From Promethearchaeota archaeon (GTDB lineage: Archaea; Asgardarchaeota; Lokiarchaeia; Sigyniarchaeales; SOKP01), in NCBI GenBank assembly GCA_019057795.1, contig JAHLWS010000065.1:32001-96000 (forward strand): a stretch of 64,000 nucleotides of DNA, read 5' to 3'. Shown piece after piece: positions 30,064 through 40,613 of this stretch (the stretch's first letter is position 1; each line of letters starts with the position of its first letter). The notes under the pieces were generated by a model. It searched no databases and had not been told where the DNA came from. It saw nothing but the letters and a program-made list of their open reading frames with translations. The translations under genes were made by a program, and so were the position numbers.

Positions 30064-32454
30064 TTGAAATATGTGGTTATGAATAATTCTAAACCAAAAA
30101 GAGAAATTACTATACCAGAGGAAATACGTCAAAAATGGCAAGGAATTGTAAATCTTATAGCTAAGATTATTAATGTTCCTGCTGCTTTAATTATGAAAAT
30201 CGATCCACCTTACATAGAAGTCTTTCGATCCAGCGAATCTGCAAACAATCCTTATAAAGTAAGAGACAGAGAGCATTTAGCTGGTCTTTATTGTGAAACC
30301 GTCATAAAAACAAGAGAAAAACTTTTGATTCCCAATGCTTTGAAGGATAAACACTGGAAAAAAAACCCAGACATCAAATTAGGAATGATCTCCTACTTAG
30401 GCTTTCCTTTACTTTGGCCTAATGATGAAGTTTTTGGTACAATTTGTGTACTTGATTCAAAAGAAAATAAATACAGCAAAGATTATAAGGATTTGATTTT
30501 ACTTTTCAAAGAAACTATTGAAGCCCATCTTACTCTTTTATATAAGAATCTCAAACTTGAAAATTTAATCGCAACAGGTAAAGAAATCGATCAGAAATTG
30601 AAAGATTCGGAGGAAAAATACAGATTAATCTCTGAAAACGCAAATGATATGATTCACATTTTTAACGAAAAGTTTGAGTTTGAATACATCAATGAACAAG
30701 CTTTTATGAAATTTATGGGATATTTAAAGGATGATTTAATTGGTAAATCGGGGTTAGAATTTATTCATCCAGCAGATTTAAAAAGAGCTAGTAAAGAGCT
30801 AAGAGGGGGTTTTAAAAGGGGTAAAGGAAGCCTTGAATTGAGATTAAGACATAAAAATGGCACTTATCGTTGGATTGAAGTTAGCGGATCGGTATATATA
30901 GATAAAGATGAAAAAAGGAAAGCTCTTTTAATTGGAAGGGATGTAACTAACCGTAAGAAAGTGGAGAAAAAGCTTAAGGAGAGTGAAGCCAGATTCAAGG
31001 GGATTTTTGAGTCTAAATTGATTGGTACATTTTTCTGGGATGCAAATGGCGATATTATCGACGCCAATGATGTCTATCTTAAGATGGTAGGATATTCTAA
31101 GGACGAAGTTCTTTCTGGAGCTGTACGCTGGAGGGATTTAACACCCTCGGAATATACAGATCTTGATAATAAAGCTTTAGAGGAGATTGCTACTACGGGT
31201 GTAATGACCCCCATCGAAAAAGAATACATTCGTAAAGATGGAAGCCGCTTTCCCATTCTTGTGGGTGGATCGGCATTACCTGGTTCTACACATGGCGGTG
31301 TGAGTTTTGTTTTGGATATTACTGAGCGAAAATTGTCAGAACAACGCTTAAAAGAATCTGAAGTAAAATATCGTCACTTGTTCGAAACATCTCCATATTT
31401 TATAGGTTTGCTGAATACAGAAGGAATTTTAATAGATTGCAATGACGCTATAAAGGATCTTCAATCTATCCATACTATAGAGGATGTAAAAGGTAAAAAT
31501 TTTATCGAAATTATTTTATTAAATGAGAAAAACAAACATCTTATCCCTATGTTCGAAAAATTTATAAAAAGTGTATTCGAAGGTGCTAATCAAGAAATGT
31601 TTGATTTTCGTTTAAGTAGGGCTATTGGAGGCCATTTGTGGCTATATGTTGAAGCTACTTTAATAGAAATCGAAAAGCAAAAATTCGTTCAGTTCATTAT
31701 GCAAGATATTACCGAGCGTAAGCGTTCAGAACAGTTACTTCAAGAATCTATGAAAGATTTAGCTAGAATTAATACCGAACTCGAGCAATTCACTTATGTC
31801 GCATCTCACGATCTAAAAGAACCTCTCCGAATGATTTCAAGTTTTGCTCAGCTTTTAGAAAAACAATATAAAGATAAATTAGATGAAGGTGCTAACGATT
31901 TCATTAGGTTTATTATTGAAGGAGTCGTAAGAATGCAAGATTTAATAAATAATTTATTGAAGTATTCAAAAATTGGAAAGTCAAGTAGGGAATTTGAAAA
32001 GGTTGACTTAAATAATGTTTTAAAGGATGCTATTGATAATCTAAAAAAAATAATTAATGAAACTAATGCTGAAGTTATTTACGATTCTTTACCTAGTTTA
32101 TTTGTTGATAAATATCAATTACTCCAAGTATTTCAAAATTTAATTTCTAACGCTATAAAATTCCACGGAGAAAGTCCTCCTCTTATTCATGTTTCAGCAA
32201 GACCTGATAATAAACATTGGGTTTTTTCTGTTCGCGATAATGGGATAGGGATTGATTCAAAAGACTATGAGCGAATTTTCATAATTTTTAAGCGTTTACA
32301 TACGAAAGATGAGTATGGTGGAACTGGAATAGGATTAGCTATATGTAAGAAAATTGTTGAACAATACGGGGGTAAAATATGGGTGGAATCTGAAGTTGGG
32401 AATGGTTCAACTTTTTACTTCTCAATCCCAAAAGAGATTGATATAAAAAGCTAA
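30064..32454 (+). CDS. GAF-PAS-PAS-PAS sensor histidine kinase
   Basis: GAF (YLGFPLLWP..GTICVLD), three PAS/PAC domains, SHDLKEPL H-box, and N, G1, F, G2 boxes. Confidence 0.93.
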   Translation: MKYVVMNNSKPKREITIPEEIRQKWQGIVNLIAKIINVPAALIMKIDPPYIEVFRSSESANNPYKVRDREHLAGLYCETVIKTREKLLIPNALKDKHWKKNPDIKLGMISYLGFPLLWPNDEVFGTICVLDSKENKYSKDYKDLILLFKETIEAHLTLLYKNLKLENLIATGKEIDQKLKDSEEKYRLISENANDMIHIFNEKFEFEYINEQAFMKFMGYLKDDLIGKSGLEFIHPADLKRASKELRGGFKRGKGSLELRLRHKNGTYRWIEVSGSVYIDKDEKRKALLIGRDVTNRKKVEKKLKESEARFKGIFESKLIGTFFWDANGDIIDANDVYLKMVGYSKDEVLSGAVRWRDLTPSEYTDLDNKALEEIATTGVMTPIEKEYIRKDGSRFPILVGGSALPGSTHGGVSFVLDITERKLSEQRLKESEVKYRHLFETSPYFIGLLNTEGILIDCNDAIKDLQSIHTIEDVKGKNFIEIILLNEKNKHLIPMFEKFIKSVFEGANQEMFDFRLSRAIGGHLWLYVEATLIEIEKQKFVQFIMQDITERKRSEQLLQESMKDLARINTELEQFTYVASHDLKEPLRMISSFAQLLEKQYKDKLDEGANDFIRFIIEGVVRMQDLINNLLKYSKIGKSSREFEKVDLNNVLKDAIDNLKKIINETNAEVIYDSLPSLFVDKYQLLQVFQNLISNAIKFHGESPPLIHVSARPDNKHWVFSVRDNGIGIDSKDYERIFIIFKRLHTKDEYGGTGIGLAICKKIVEQYGGKIWVESEVGNGSTFYFSIPKEIDIKS

Positions 32455-32705
32455 TGATGCCCCTAATTTAAATCTTAAATCACTAGTAGTCGCTACAGAA
32501 ACGTTCGAAGAAGGAGTATTGTATAAACTCATGAAAAAAATTTTAGAAAATTTAAAAATTAATTAATATAGGACTTACTTATATTCTGAGTCTGATGGAA
32601 TGTTTACTTCTTCTTTTGGAAGTTTAACCTTTTGATATTTAGTCATTTAAAATAGTATTTTTTTTCTCCATTTCTTACTTAATCAATAAATATTTTAATA
32701 GATGA

Positions 32706-33194
32706 TTATTTTTCAGAGTTAGTAGGATTTAATCCATTATAGTTATAATTATTGATTCCTAATATTATGCCAAAGAAGCCAACGCCAAATAATAAATAAA
32801 AGAATGGTCCACCAGTTTCCACATCGAGATAAGTTATATTTCCTGTTTGATTAATAATTTGATGGAATCTTTCAATTAATGTTTGTGTTATTGGATAAAA
32901 AATACTTCCCAAAAAGCCAGTTGCTATTATTATAATTCCAGACAGAATAACTATTATATCCGTGCTCAAATTTATGTGCTTTTGAATTTGAGATCGGAAA
33001 ATAACTAAGATTCCTATTATAAATATAAGATATGTTGATGCATTGAGGAATCCCCAAAAAGTGCCCACATGACCAGATGGTGGTTCAATCTTATAATATC
33101 CTAAGGGAAGTAGTAGCGTAAGACAGAAATATACACCAATTAGAGTTAATATTCTTTCTTTTGTTTTTTGAGATTTTATTATTTTTCCTAACAA
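32706..33194 (-). CDS. Hypothetical membrane protein (about 4 TM)
   Basis: Hydrophobic segments in a 162-aa ORF. Confidence 0.6.
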   Translation of the reverse strand: MLGKIIKSQKTKERILTLIGVYFCLTLLLPLGYYKIEPPSGHVGTFWGFLNASTYLIFIIGILVIFRSQIQKHINLSTDIIVILSGIIIIATGFLGSIFYPITQTLIERFHQIINQTGNITYLDVETGGPFFYLLFGVGFFGIILGINNYNYNGLNPTNSEK

Positions 33195-33241
33195 CTCTAT
33201 AATTTTGTTGCTTATAATTAGCTCTTCAGACTTATTAAAAC

Positions 33242-34342
33242 TTAGTCCTCGGTCTGCAAAAAATATCCTAAAATACGCAGCTTATTATTGAAGCGATTTA
33301 ATTCTGTAATAATTCCTTTAAGTCCCTCGTCGTCGTGAACTACTGTTTTATCAAAAAGAATTTTAACGATTCCACTCTTACCGGGAGTTAATTCTTGACC
33401 TTCAATAAATTTGAGAGGAGATAATTTTAAGCCTACTAAACCATAATACTGAACTCCGTCGCCGGGTTTTATTATTCCCCCTTTGGGCGCATAGTATTGA
33501 TTAATAAAAACCTTAGCTTTTATTTCAAGTTCTTGTTTAAAAACTCCAGGACTCACTAAAAGGTTATCTCGACTAACATCATGAGGTGAAATATTCCCTT
33601 TTAAAGCAAGACCGACTCTATCGCCCTCATAGGCAACCTTAAAGGTTCTATCGTGTTTTTGTATGCTTCGAATTATTACTTTTTTTACTGCTGCTTCATA
33701 ACCTACTATTTCGAGCATTTGACCGCTTTGAACCTTTCCTTGCTTTACAATTCCAAGTATCACAGTTCCAATTCCCTTGACTGGAAATACATGATCAATT
33801 AGTATCTTAGTATTTTCTTCGGAATTTGGCTCTTTTTCCAGAAGTTCAATGCCTAGATCTATAATTTTCTTCTTTAACTTTTCGTAATCCTCTTTGATTT
33901 TTAACTCGAATATTTCTGTATTGTTCAAACTGGTGCTCTTTAAAATTGTTTCGAGCTTCTTTCTTATCTCAGGCAGTTTCCACTCCGTTTTCGAATTTAT
34001 CCCAGCTATCACTATTAAAGCTTTAGTTTTAAAGAGTTGGTAAAATAAATCCATCCCAACTAATATTTCTCCAATAGAGGCATTTAACCCCGCATTTAAG
34101 TCTATAACAAGAATATGAATATTAGATATAGTTAGAGTTTGTAAAAGCGGTTTAATTTTTTCTGGATAGTCGATTGGAGTTAACCCACAAAACACTTGAT
34201 TTAGGCTTACATCCAAGCGATTGTAAAATAGAATATCTGACTTTGTCCCAGGGGAACCTAACGCTTGTCCTATTAGATTATTAATATCAAAATTATCCCC
34301 TAAGATTCCCACAATAAAATTTCTTTCAATTGCTTCACTCAT
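33242..34342 (-). CDS. SelB/EF-Tu-like protein with degenerate G-domain and EF-Tu domain II
   Basis: LIDHVFPVKGIGTVILG, IRSIQKHD and GDRVGLALKG motifs; no P-loop GKT. Confidence 0.75.
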   Translation of the reverse strand: MSEAIERNFIVGILGDNFDINNLIGQALGSPGTKSDILFYNRLDVSLNQVFCGLTPIDYPEKIKPLLQTLTISNIHILVIDLNAGLNASIGEILVGMDLFYQLFKTKALIVIAGINSKTEWKLPEIRKKLETILKSTSLNNTEIFELKIKEDYEKLKKKIIDLGIELLEKEPNSEENTKILIDHVFPVKGIGTVILGIVKQGKVQSGQMLEIVGYEAAVKKVIIRSIQKHDRTFKVAYEGDRVGLALKGNISPHDVSRDNLLVSPGVFKQELEIKAKVFINQYYAPKGGIIKPGDGVQYYGLVGLKLSPLKFIEGQELTPGKSGIVKILFDKTVVHDDEGLKGIITELNRFNNKLRILGYFLQTED

Positions 34343-34481
34343 TTGTCTTATTAAATATTTTAGCCATCAAAAACTTTTTGGAATCACGCTTGAATAAAAG
34401 TAACAATAATCACATTCCATTAAAAATAATTTATTAATATATTGCACATTTATTCACTAAAATAATATTTTTAAATTTATT

Positions 34482-36002
34482 ATGCCTCGAAATAGTTTAG
34501 TTAATCAAGTTATTTTAATTATTATCGATGATGTTCGAGCATCCCATCTTTTTGATTTAATTAAGCAAAAAAAGCTACCTAATATAGCTCAGCTTGCTGA
34601 GAGTGGAATCTCGTGCCAAAATTGTATTACTTCTTTTCCGAGTATTACATTTCCTTGTTATAGTAATATAGTTATTGGATCATATTCAGGATACTTCTCT
34701 ATAGAAGGAAGTGGTATTCCGATGTATCATTGGGTTGGAAGAACCGACCCACCATCGGAAGGGAAAAGATTTCCTATTATTCGAAATTGTGGGAAGGGAA
34801 GTCATATTAGAAAGTTTAATAGTGATTTCGGACCAAATTGTCAAACTATTTTTGAACAGGCAGGAGAAGGAAATTTTTTAAGCTCACTAAATCTTCTTAA
34901 TCGAGGATCTGTAATGATTCCCCCAATCGAATACACCACTCAATCGATATTAAAGGGAGTTGAAGAAATATATAAAGATCCTAAAAAAATCTTTTCAAAC
35001 AAAGAAGTGCCAAAAGTAACAGTTGCTTATATACCTAAAACAGACGACCTTATGCATAAAAAAGGGTTCTCTCATCCAAAATACATTAATGAAATTATTA
35101 AATGCGATGAATCTATTGGCTTAATAATTAAAATGTTAAAGGAAAAGGGGTATTTTGACTCGACTGCTATTGGAATTATTTCGGATCATGGAAATTATAA
35201 AACAGAAAAATTGTATGACATTGAACCTTATTTTAAAGAAAAAGGTCTAATGCAGTACTTACCTAGAAAAGGAATTGGTGATTTCGATGCTAGTTTTGGT
35301 TCAGTTGGATTTTTTAACTTTCCAGGGAAAGATTGGCATCATCATCCAACTACTAAACAATTAAAAGAATTTATTCCAAGCGGTTCAGGAAAGTCGAAAT
35401 TGAATTTATTTGAGACTTTATGGAAGATTCCAGGCGTGAAATTGATGTACTACCGGGACGACAATAACACGCCTGACAAAGGGATAATATATCTGGAACA
35501 GCGGAACGAGAAATCAGGAAAAATTTCAAAAAACATTATTGAATATGAGGGTCATGGAAAAAATCAACGAACGAAATATATCATTGATGAAAAAGATTTA
35601 TACAAATACGAAGACTACGAAGAATCCGCTGTGCTTTTAGATAATAAGGCTCATAATATTGATGAGTGGTTAGAAGGAACGAATAAAATAGATTTTCCAA
35701 TGATAGTAGACCAAATTCCTCGATATTTTAAAAATCCCCGTTCTTGCGATATTATGATATCCACGATTGGCGAATATGGATTTGGTTATGAACATGGGAT
35801 GTCAATGCCTCATTCTCCATACTCTCACGATATAGGACTTAAAAAGTCGATGACTGTGCCATTCATCATTGGAGGGTCTCTAAACATTCCTTCTACGGAG
35901 CTATCGTATTGTAAAACGACGGATATGGTTCCAACGCTCTTAGATTTATTAGGAGAAAAACCACATTTCAGCGTTGTTGGAAAATCTGTATTTAAGTATT
36001 AA
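34482..36002 (+). CDS. Alkaline phosphatase / nucleotide pyrophosphatase superfamily protein
   Basis: IIIDD, FPSITFP, DDLMH, ISDHG and SH motifs. Confidence 0.85.
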   Translation: MPRNSLVNQVILIIIDDVRASHLFDLIKQKKLPNIAQLAESGISCQNCITSFPSITFPCYSNIVIGSYSGYFSIEGSGIPMYHWVGRTDPPSEGKRFPIIRNCGKGSHIRKFNSDFGPNCQTIFEQAGEGNFLSSLNLLNRGSVMIPPIEYTTQSILKGVEEIYKDPKKIFSNKEVPKVTVAYIPKTDDLMHKKGFSHPKYINEIIKCDESIGLIIKMLKEKGYFDSTAIGIISDHGNYKTEKLYDIEPYFKEKGLMQYLPRKGIGDFDASFGSVGFFNFPGKDWHHHPTTKQLKEFIPSGSGKSKLNLFETLWKIPGVKLMYYRDDNNTPDKGIIYLEQRNEKSGKISKNIIEYEGHGKNQRTKYIIDEKDLYKYEDYEESAVLLDNKAHNIDEWLEGTNKIDFPMIVDQIPRYFKNPRSCDIMISTIGEYGFGYEHGMSMPHSPYSHDIGLKKSMTVPFIIGGSLNIPSTELSYCKTTDMVPTLLDLLGEKPHFSVVGKSVFKY

Positions 36003-36151
36003 CCTTATTAATATTTAATTCCATGAAGACCTGAGCCATTTAAACTAAAGAAATTTACCAAATATATTTTGAAATATAATTTCAAAAAGAAATTAAATAT
36101 TAAGTAAAAATTATTTCAATTAATATTAAATTATAAAACCAAGTAATTAAA

Positions 36152-36205
36152 GTGAAAGCTAATAACATAATTATAGTCCCTGAAACTCATTGGGATCGCG
36201 AATAG
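36152..36205 (+). pseudogene. Orphan copy of alpha-mannosidase exon 1 (VKANNIIIVPETHWDRE*)
   Basis: 15/17 aa and 39/51 nt identical to 37642..37692; ends at the codon where the micro-intron sits. Confidence 0.85.
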
Positions 36206-36207
36206 AA

Positions 36208-37365
36208 CTATTTTTGTTGAGATCGAGAGGTTTTTATATCCCATTCCTCACAGAGTTTATAAAAGGAACCAATGGATACTTTAAATTTTTTAATTAAATG
36301 GGAAATTGGATACTTATCAATTAAACATTGTAGATTCTCCTTATTTACTACTGCTTCTTTTAGGCATGGAATCACATTCATATCTCTCTCATTAAATGTT
36401 CTCCTCTTTCTGGGCATACTGTTTTTATAGTTCCTCATCATTTCATTAAATAATAATGCCCCTAATGATAATCTCCAATGTGATTTAGTGGCAATAATAT
36501 TATCAAAATTACTTATTTTACCTTTCTCATATTGAATTTTAACTTCATATTGAATATTTAATTTCAACCTTATTTGTTCGAGAAATTCTTTAGAGCCACT
36601 TGTTATTCTAGTACTGTTAGCATTGCCATCCCCATCATAATAACCAAGAACCCAGGCCAAAAATAACTTATGATTAATAGGAGTTTTTTTATTAAAAATT
36701 ATAGGAATCGATTTTCTTAAAGACTTTGAACTTGAGAACCCAATATTCATTAAATCTTCAACCATTGGTTTACATCTAAAACGCAAATAAGCCAATTGAT
36801 ATGTTCTCCATTCTTCTTTATTTTTCTTTGTTCTATCTCGTTCTTTAATAAGTATAGGATCAAGATTTAGGGCTTTACAAAATCTTATTATTTGATCTTT
36901 ATCCTTAATTGAAAGCTCCATAGATATCAAATACCAAGGTTTTCCCCGATAATCCATTACTACAGAACCGTCTGCGTATAAAAAACCTAACCAATAAGCT
37001 TTTTCAAGTGTATCTACTTTCCTAAAAAAATCAGCTCTAAGATCATCGCTATATTGCTGATTTGAGTATTCTTTCAAGTTTTTATTTAACTCTTGATATC
37101 TTTTAATAAATAATAAACAATTAATTACTTTATTTCCTAAGCTTTTCTTTAGGTTATTTTGGAATTTTTCTAAATTTTGCTCTGAAAATTTGTAATTTGG
37201 ATTATATCCACGAACTTTCGAGTTGGTGATTCTTTGTTTTAGATCTGATAAATAAGTCGATCCATGTCCTAAAAGTATACTAGCTTTGGGTAAAGGTCCT
37301 AACTCATTTACCAAATCGTCTATTAAATTCAAAGTGCTATAAACACTTTCTTTTTTAACAGTCAT
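36208..37365 (-). CDS. Double-motif LAGLIDADG homing endonuclease
   Basis: AYWLGFLYADGSV and AWVLGYYDGDGNA motifs; likely start MTVKK at 37365 (ORF open to 37467). Confidence 0.85.
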   Translation of the reverse strand: MTVKKESVYSTLNLIDDLVNELGPLPKASILLGHGSTYLSDLKQRITNSKVRGYNPNYKFSEQNLEKFQNNLKKSLGNKVINCLLFIKRYQELNKNLKEYSNQQYSDDLRADFFRKVDTLEKAYWLGFLYADGSVVMDYRGKPWYLISMELSIKDKDQIIRFCKALNLDPILIKERDRTKKNKEEWRTYQLAYLRFRCKPMVEDLMNIGFSSSKSLRKSIPIIFNKKTPINHKLFLAWVLGYYDGDGNANSTRITSGSKEFLEQIRLKLNIQYEVKIQYEKGKISNFDNIIATKSHWRLSLGALLFNEMMRNYKNSMPRKRRTFNERDMNVIPCLKEAVVNKENLQCLIDKYPISHLIKKFKVSIGSFYKLCEEWDIKTSRSQQK

Positions 37366-37638
37366 AATTTGAATATGGAATTGATCTTTATAAACTGAAT
37401 AACATCCATAATTTTTTCTAATATCGTTTCTAATATTCATTCCAATAAGAATTAGGGCTCCAATCACGCATTCAAGGTCTTTTATACATAGAAATTAGAA
37501 AACTTATTTAGTTGATATTCACCCTCTTGGGCAGCTTAAATATTGTATTATTCCTCTCTTTTCAGCAAGTAAGCAATATAAAACATCAAAAATTATGAGT
37601 ATTAAACTATGAAAAAGAAAAAAAGATGATAAAAGACT

Positions 37639-40464
37639 ATGGTGAGAGCAAATCATATAATAATTGTTCCTGAGACCCACTGGGACCGTGAAACTTTGTA
37701 TAATTAATATACAAAGCACGATTGGTATCTCCCGTTTCAAGAGTATAGAGCAAAACTAGTTCTCATGATGGATAAGCTCTTGGATATCCTAAGAAGCGAT
37801 CCAGATTATAAAAATTTCACTCTTGATGGACAAACTATTCCGATAGAGGACTATCTTGAAGTCCGACCTGAATTTGAAGATGAGATTAAAAAGTATGTAA
37901 AAGAAAGGCGGCTTTCGATTGGGCCTATGTATATTTTACCAGATGAATTTTTGGTAAGCGGCGAATCTTTGATTAGGAACTTAATAATTGGACACCAAAT
38001 TGCTAAGAGATTTGGAAGGGTTATGAAAGCAGGTTACATCCCTGATCCTTTTGGCCACATTGCTCAATTACCTCAAATACTTCAAGGATTTGAAATCCCT
38101 TCGATTTTATTCTGGCGAGGGTTTGGTAACGAATTCGTAGAAAATAACCTAAACATTGAATTTATTTGGAATTCCCCCGGAGATTCTAATTCTATTTTGG
38201 GAATATTTTTGAAGCAGAGCTACGGTTCGGTTGCTGATCTTAATTTATCAAAAAGAAGCGGAAAATATAAACTGGCGCTTCATAAGATAAAAAGGGTTGT
38301 TTCTGAGTTCGAAAAATTCACAGCTACATCCTATGTTCTTTTGAATAGCGGTTCAGATCATCACGAAGCTCGATCGGAGATTCCTGAAATAGTTAGACAA
38401 TGGAACGAAATGTATCCCGAGAAACTTTTAGAACAAAACGATTTTGAATATTATGTCGATAAAGTATTACATAGTAATCCACAGTTAAAACAGTTTAAAG
38501 GCGAATTAAGAGGTGGAAAGTACGCACATCTACTTTCAGGGGTATTTTCAGCTCGTATGTGGATCAAGCAGAGAAACACGGCAATCGAATATCTGTACGA
38601 AAAATATACGGAACCCTTATCAACAATTATATGGTCTCTCGATAAATATAAGGAATTTAATTACCCTCAAGCTTATATGCTCACAGGTTTGAAATGGCTT
38701 ATCAAAAACCACCCTCACGATAGCATATGTGGCTGTTCTATTGATCAGGTTCACAAAGAAATGGAGACTAGGTTTGATTGGGCGGAGCAAATCGGTAATG
38801 AAGTGTTTAAAAATTCAATATTGTATCTATACAATCTGATTACAGTTGAGGAAGACGAGAAAAAAATTCCGATCGTAGTATTTAATCCTCTTCCTTGGAA
38901 ACGTAAAGATATCGCAAATTTCCACATAATATCCAACACTAAAAAAGCTGGTTTTAAAAATCCAGACGCTTTCAAAATTCTCGACTCCGAAGGAAACGAG
39001 ATCGCATACCAATACGTTCAAATCAGCGAAGAGCCAAGATATAGATTAATTGGATCGGTTAGTTATTATTGCTCGTTTTTAGCCGAGGTTCCTGCTTGTG
39101 GATATAAGTGTTATTATATCGTACCAGGAGAAAAACCCGAAGAACCTGTAGTAAAGAGTAAAAAATTGAAGTTAGGTATAAATAGCTTAGAAAATCAGTT
39201 CTACAAAATCAACATAAGTTTTAAGGGACAAATCGACGTTTTAGATAAGGAAAGTAAAGTTTTGTACGAAAATATTTGTTATTTTGAGGATATAGGAGAT
39301 TGGGGGGATGAATATGACTTTTCGGGGCCATATGAAAATCAAACTGATTTAAAATTCACCTCAGAAGATCTGAATATTCTAGAAATAGCACCGTTTTTAG
39401 ACGGGGTCACCCAAAAAACGATTAGAATAAGAGCAAATCTCAATTTACCTACTTCTTTAACCGAGGATAGATATAGTAGAGACGAATATCTGATTTCAAA
39501 CTTAATCGATATCTATATAACGGTATATAAGGACATTAAACGAGTTGATTTTAAGATTGAATTAGAAAACAATAGTAAAGACCACCGAATACGAGTACTT
39601 TTTCCTTCAAAAATTAAATCTAAAAATGTAGATTCCGATGGTCATTTTTATGTCATTTCGCGAGATGTTGAGATGCCAAAATCTGAGAAATGGGCTCAAC
39701 AACCCGTACCTACTAACCATCAGAAAGATTTTGTCTCTGTTAACGATACATCAAGAACTTTTTCGGTTATAAACAAAGGATTACCCGAATATGAGGCAGT
39801 TATAAATAAAGATGGAACGATTTCGCTAGCTATTACCTTACTGCGGTGTATTGAATGGCTTTCAAGACACGATTTTACCTCGAGAAGAAGTAACGCAGGT
39901 CCGGACCTAAATACTCCCGAAGCTCAATGTCTTGGAAAGCATACTTTCGAACTTTCTCTCGTTATCGAAGGAAACAAACCTAATTGGTTAGATTCGAACG
40001 CTCACATAAAAGGTAAAGAATTTAACAATCCTTTTGAGGTTGTGGTTCCCTCGATAGTTAGAACCTCAATAAGAGCTTCGAATAAAGTCGTTTTAGCCCC
40101 TTTTGGACTAATTTCATATTTTAAACCATCAACTCGTCAACCTTTAAAACCTTATTTACCTACCAAATTAAGCTTCCTTGAAATCGATAACACAAAAATA
40201 ATGCTTAGTGCTTTGAAAAAATCGGAAAAGGGAGAATCTTTAATCGTTAGAGTTTATAACATCTCTTCAACCACTCAAAAAGCAAGGTTAACGTTACACG
40301 AGAAAACTTCCATCAAAAGTGCGGATATTGTAAACTTTTTGGAAGAAAAGCCAGAAAACGAAATTAAGGCGAAAATTGTTTCAAGTAAAGGGAATCATCT
40401 TGATCTAACTCTGGAACCGCACATAATAGTAACGATAAAACTTGAGCTTGATAATAATTATTAA
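37639..40464 (+). CDS. GH38 alpha-mannosidase (MngB-like); join(37639..37692,37723..40464)
   Basis: The spliced N-terminus MVRANHIIIVPETHWDRE|WYLPFQEYRAKL restores the HWDREWY Zn motif; LDGQT, PDPFGH and HDSICGCS motifs also present. Confidence 0.9.
37693..37722 (+). other. Putative 30-nt BHB mRNA intron
   Basis: CGUG-AA^A-CUUUGUAUA-AUUAA-UAUACAAAG-CACG-AU^U: perfect 9-bp stem, 4-bp central helix, two 3-nt bulges; contains an in-frame TAA. Confidence 0.85.
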
Positions 40465-40613
40465 ATAAAAAAAATTTTCTTTTATTTTTTAAAAATCCTA
40501 AAATCCAGTTTAAAATATATCTATTTTTAATAATTTTAAATATGTGATACTCTTTTTAAAGTATCATCAACTTTTTAGCTAACTTCTTAATAAAATAAAA
40601 GGTCGAAAAACTT

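Larger units (their letters stand above)
29928..33243. repeat. 42-bp direct repeats (29928..29969 and 33202..33243) bracketing a 3.2-kb insertion
   Basis: attttgttgcttataattagctcttc[g/a]gacttattaaaactt, one mismatch. Confidence 0.85.

Noticed and set aside
33242-34342. Functional selenocysteine elongation factor SelB
   Set aside because: It lacks GTPase P-loop motifs, so it is not used as support for the selenoprotein candidate.
36203-37722. One large intron joining orphan exon 1 to exon 2 and containing the LAGLIDADG ORF
   Set aside because: The central helix CGCG/CACG has a mismatch, no intron-side stem forms, and the ORF is antisense. The local 30-nt BHB is far better, though this is not fully excluded without RNA data.
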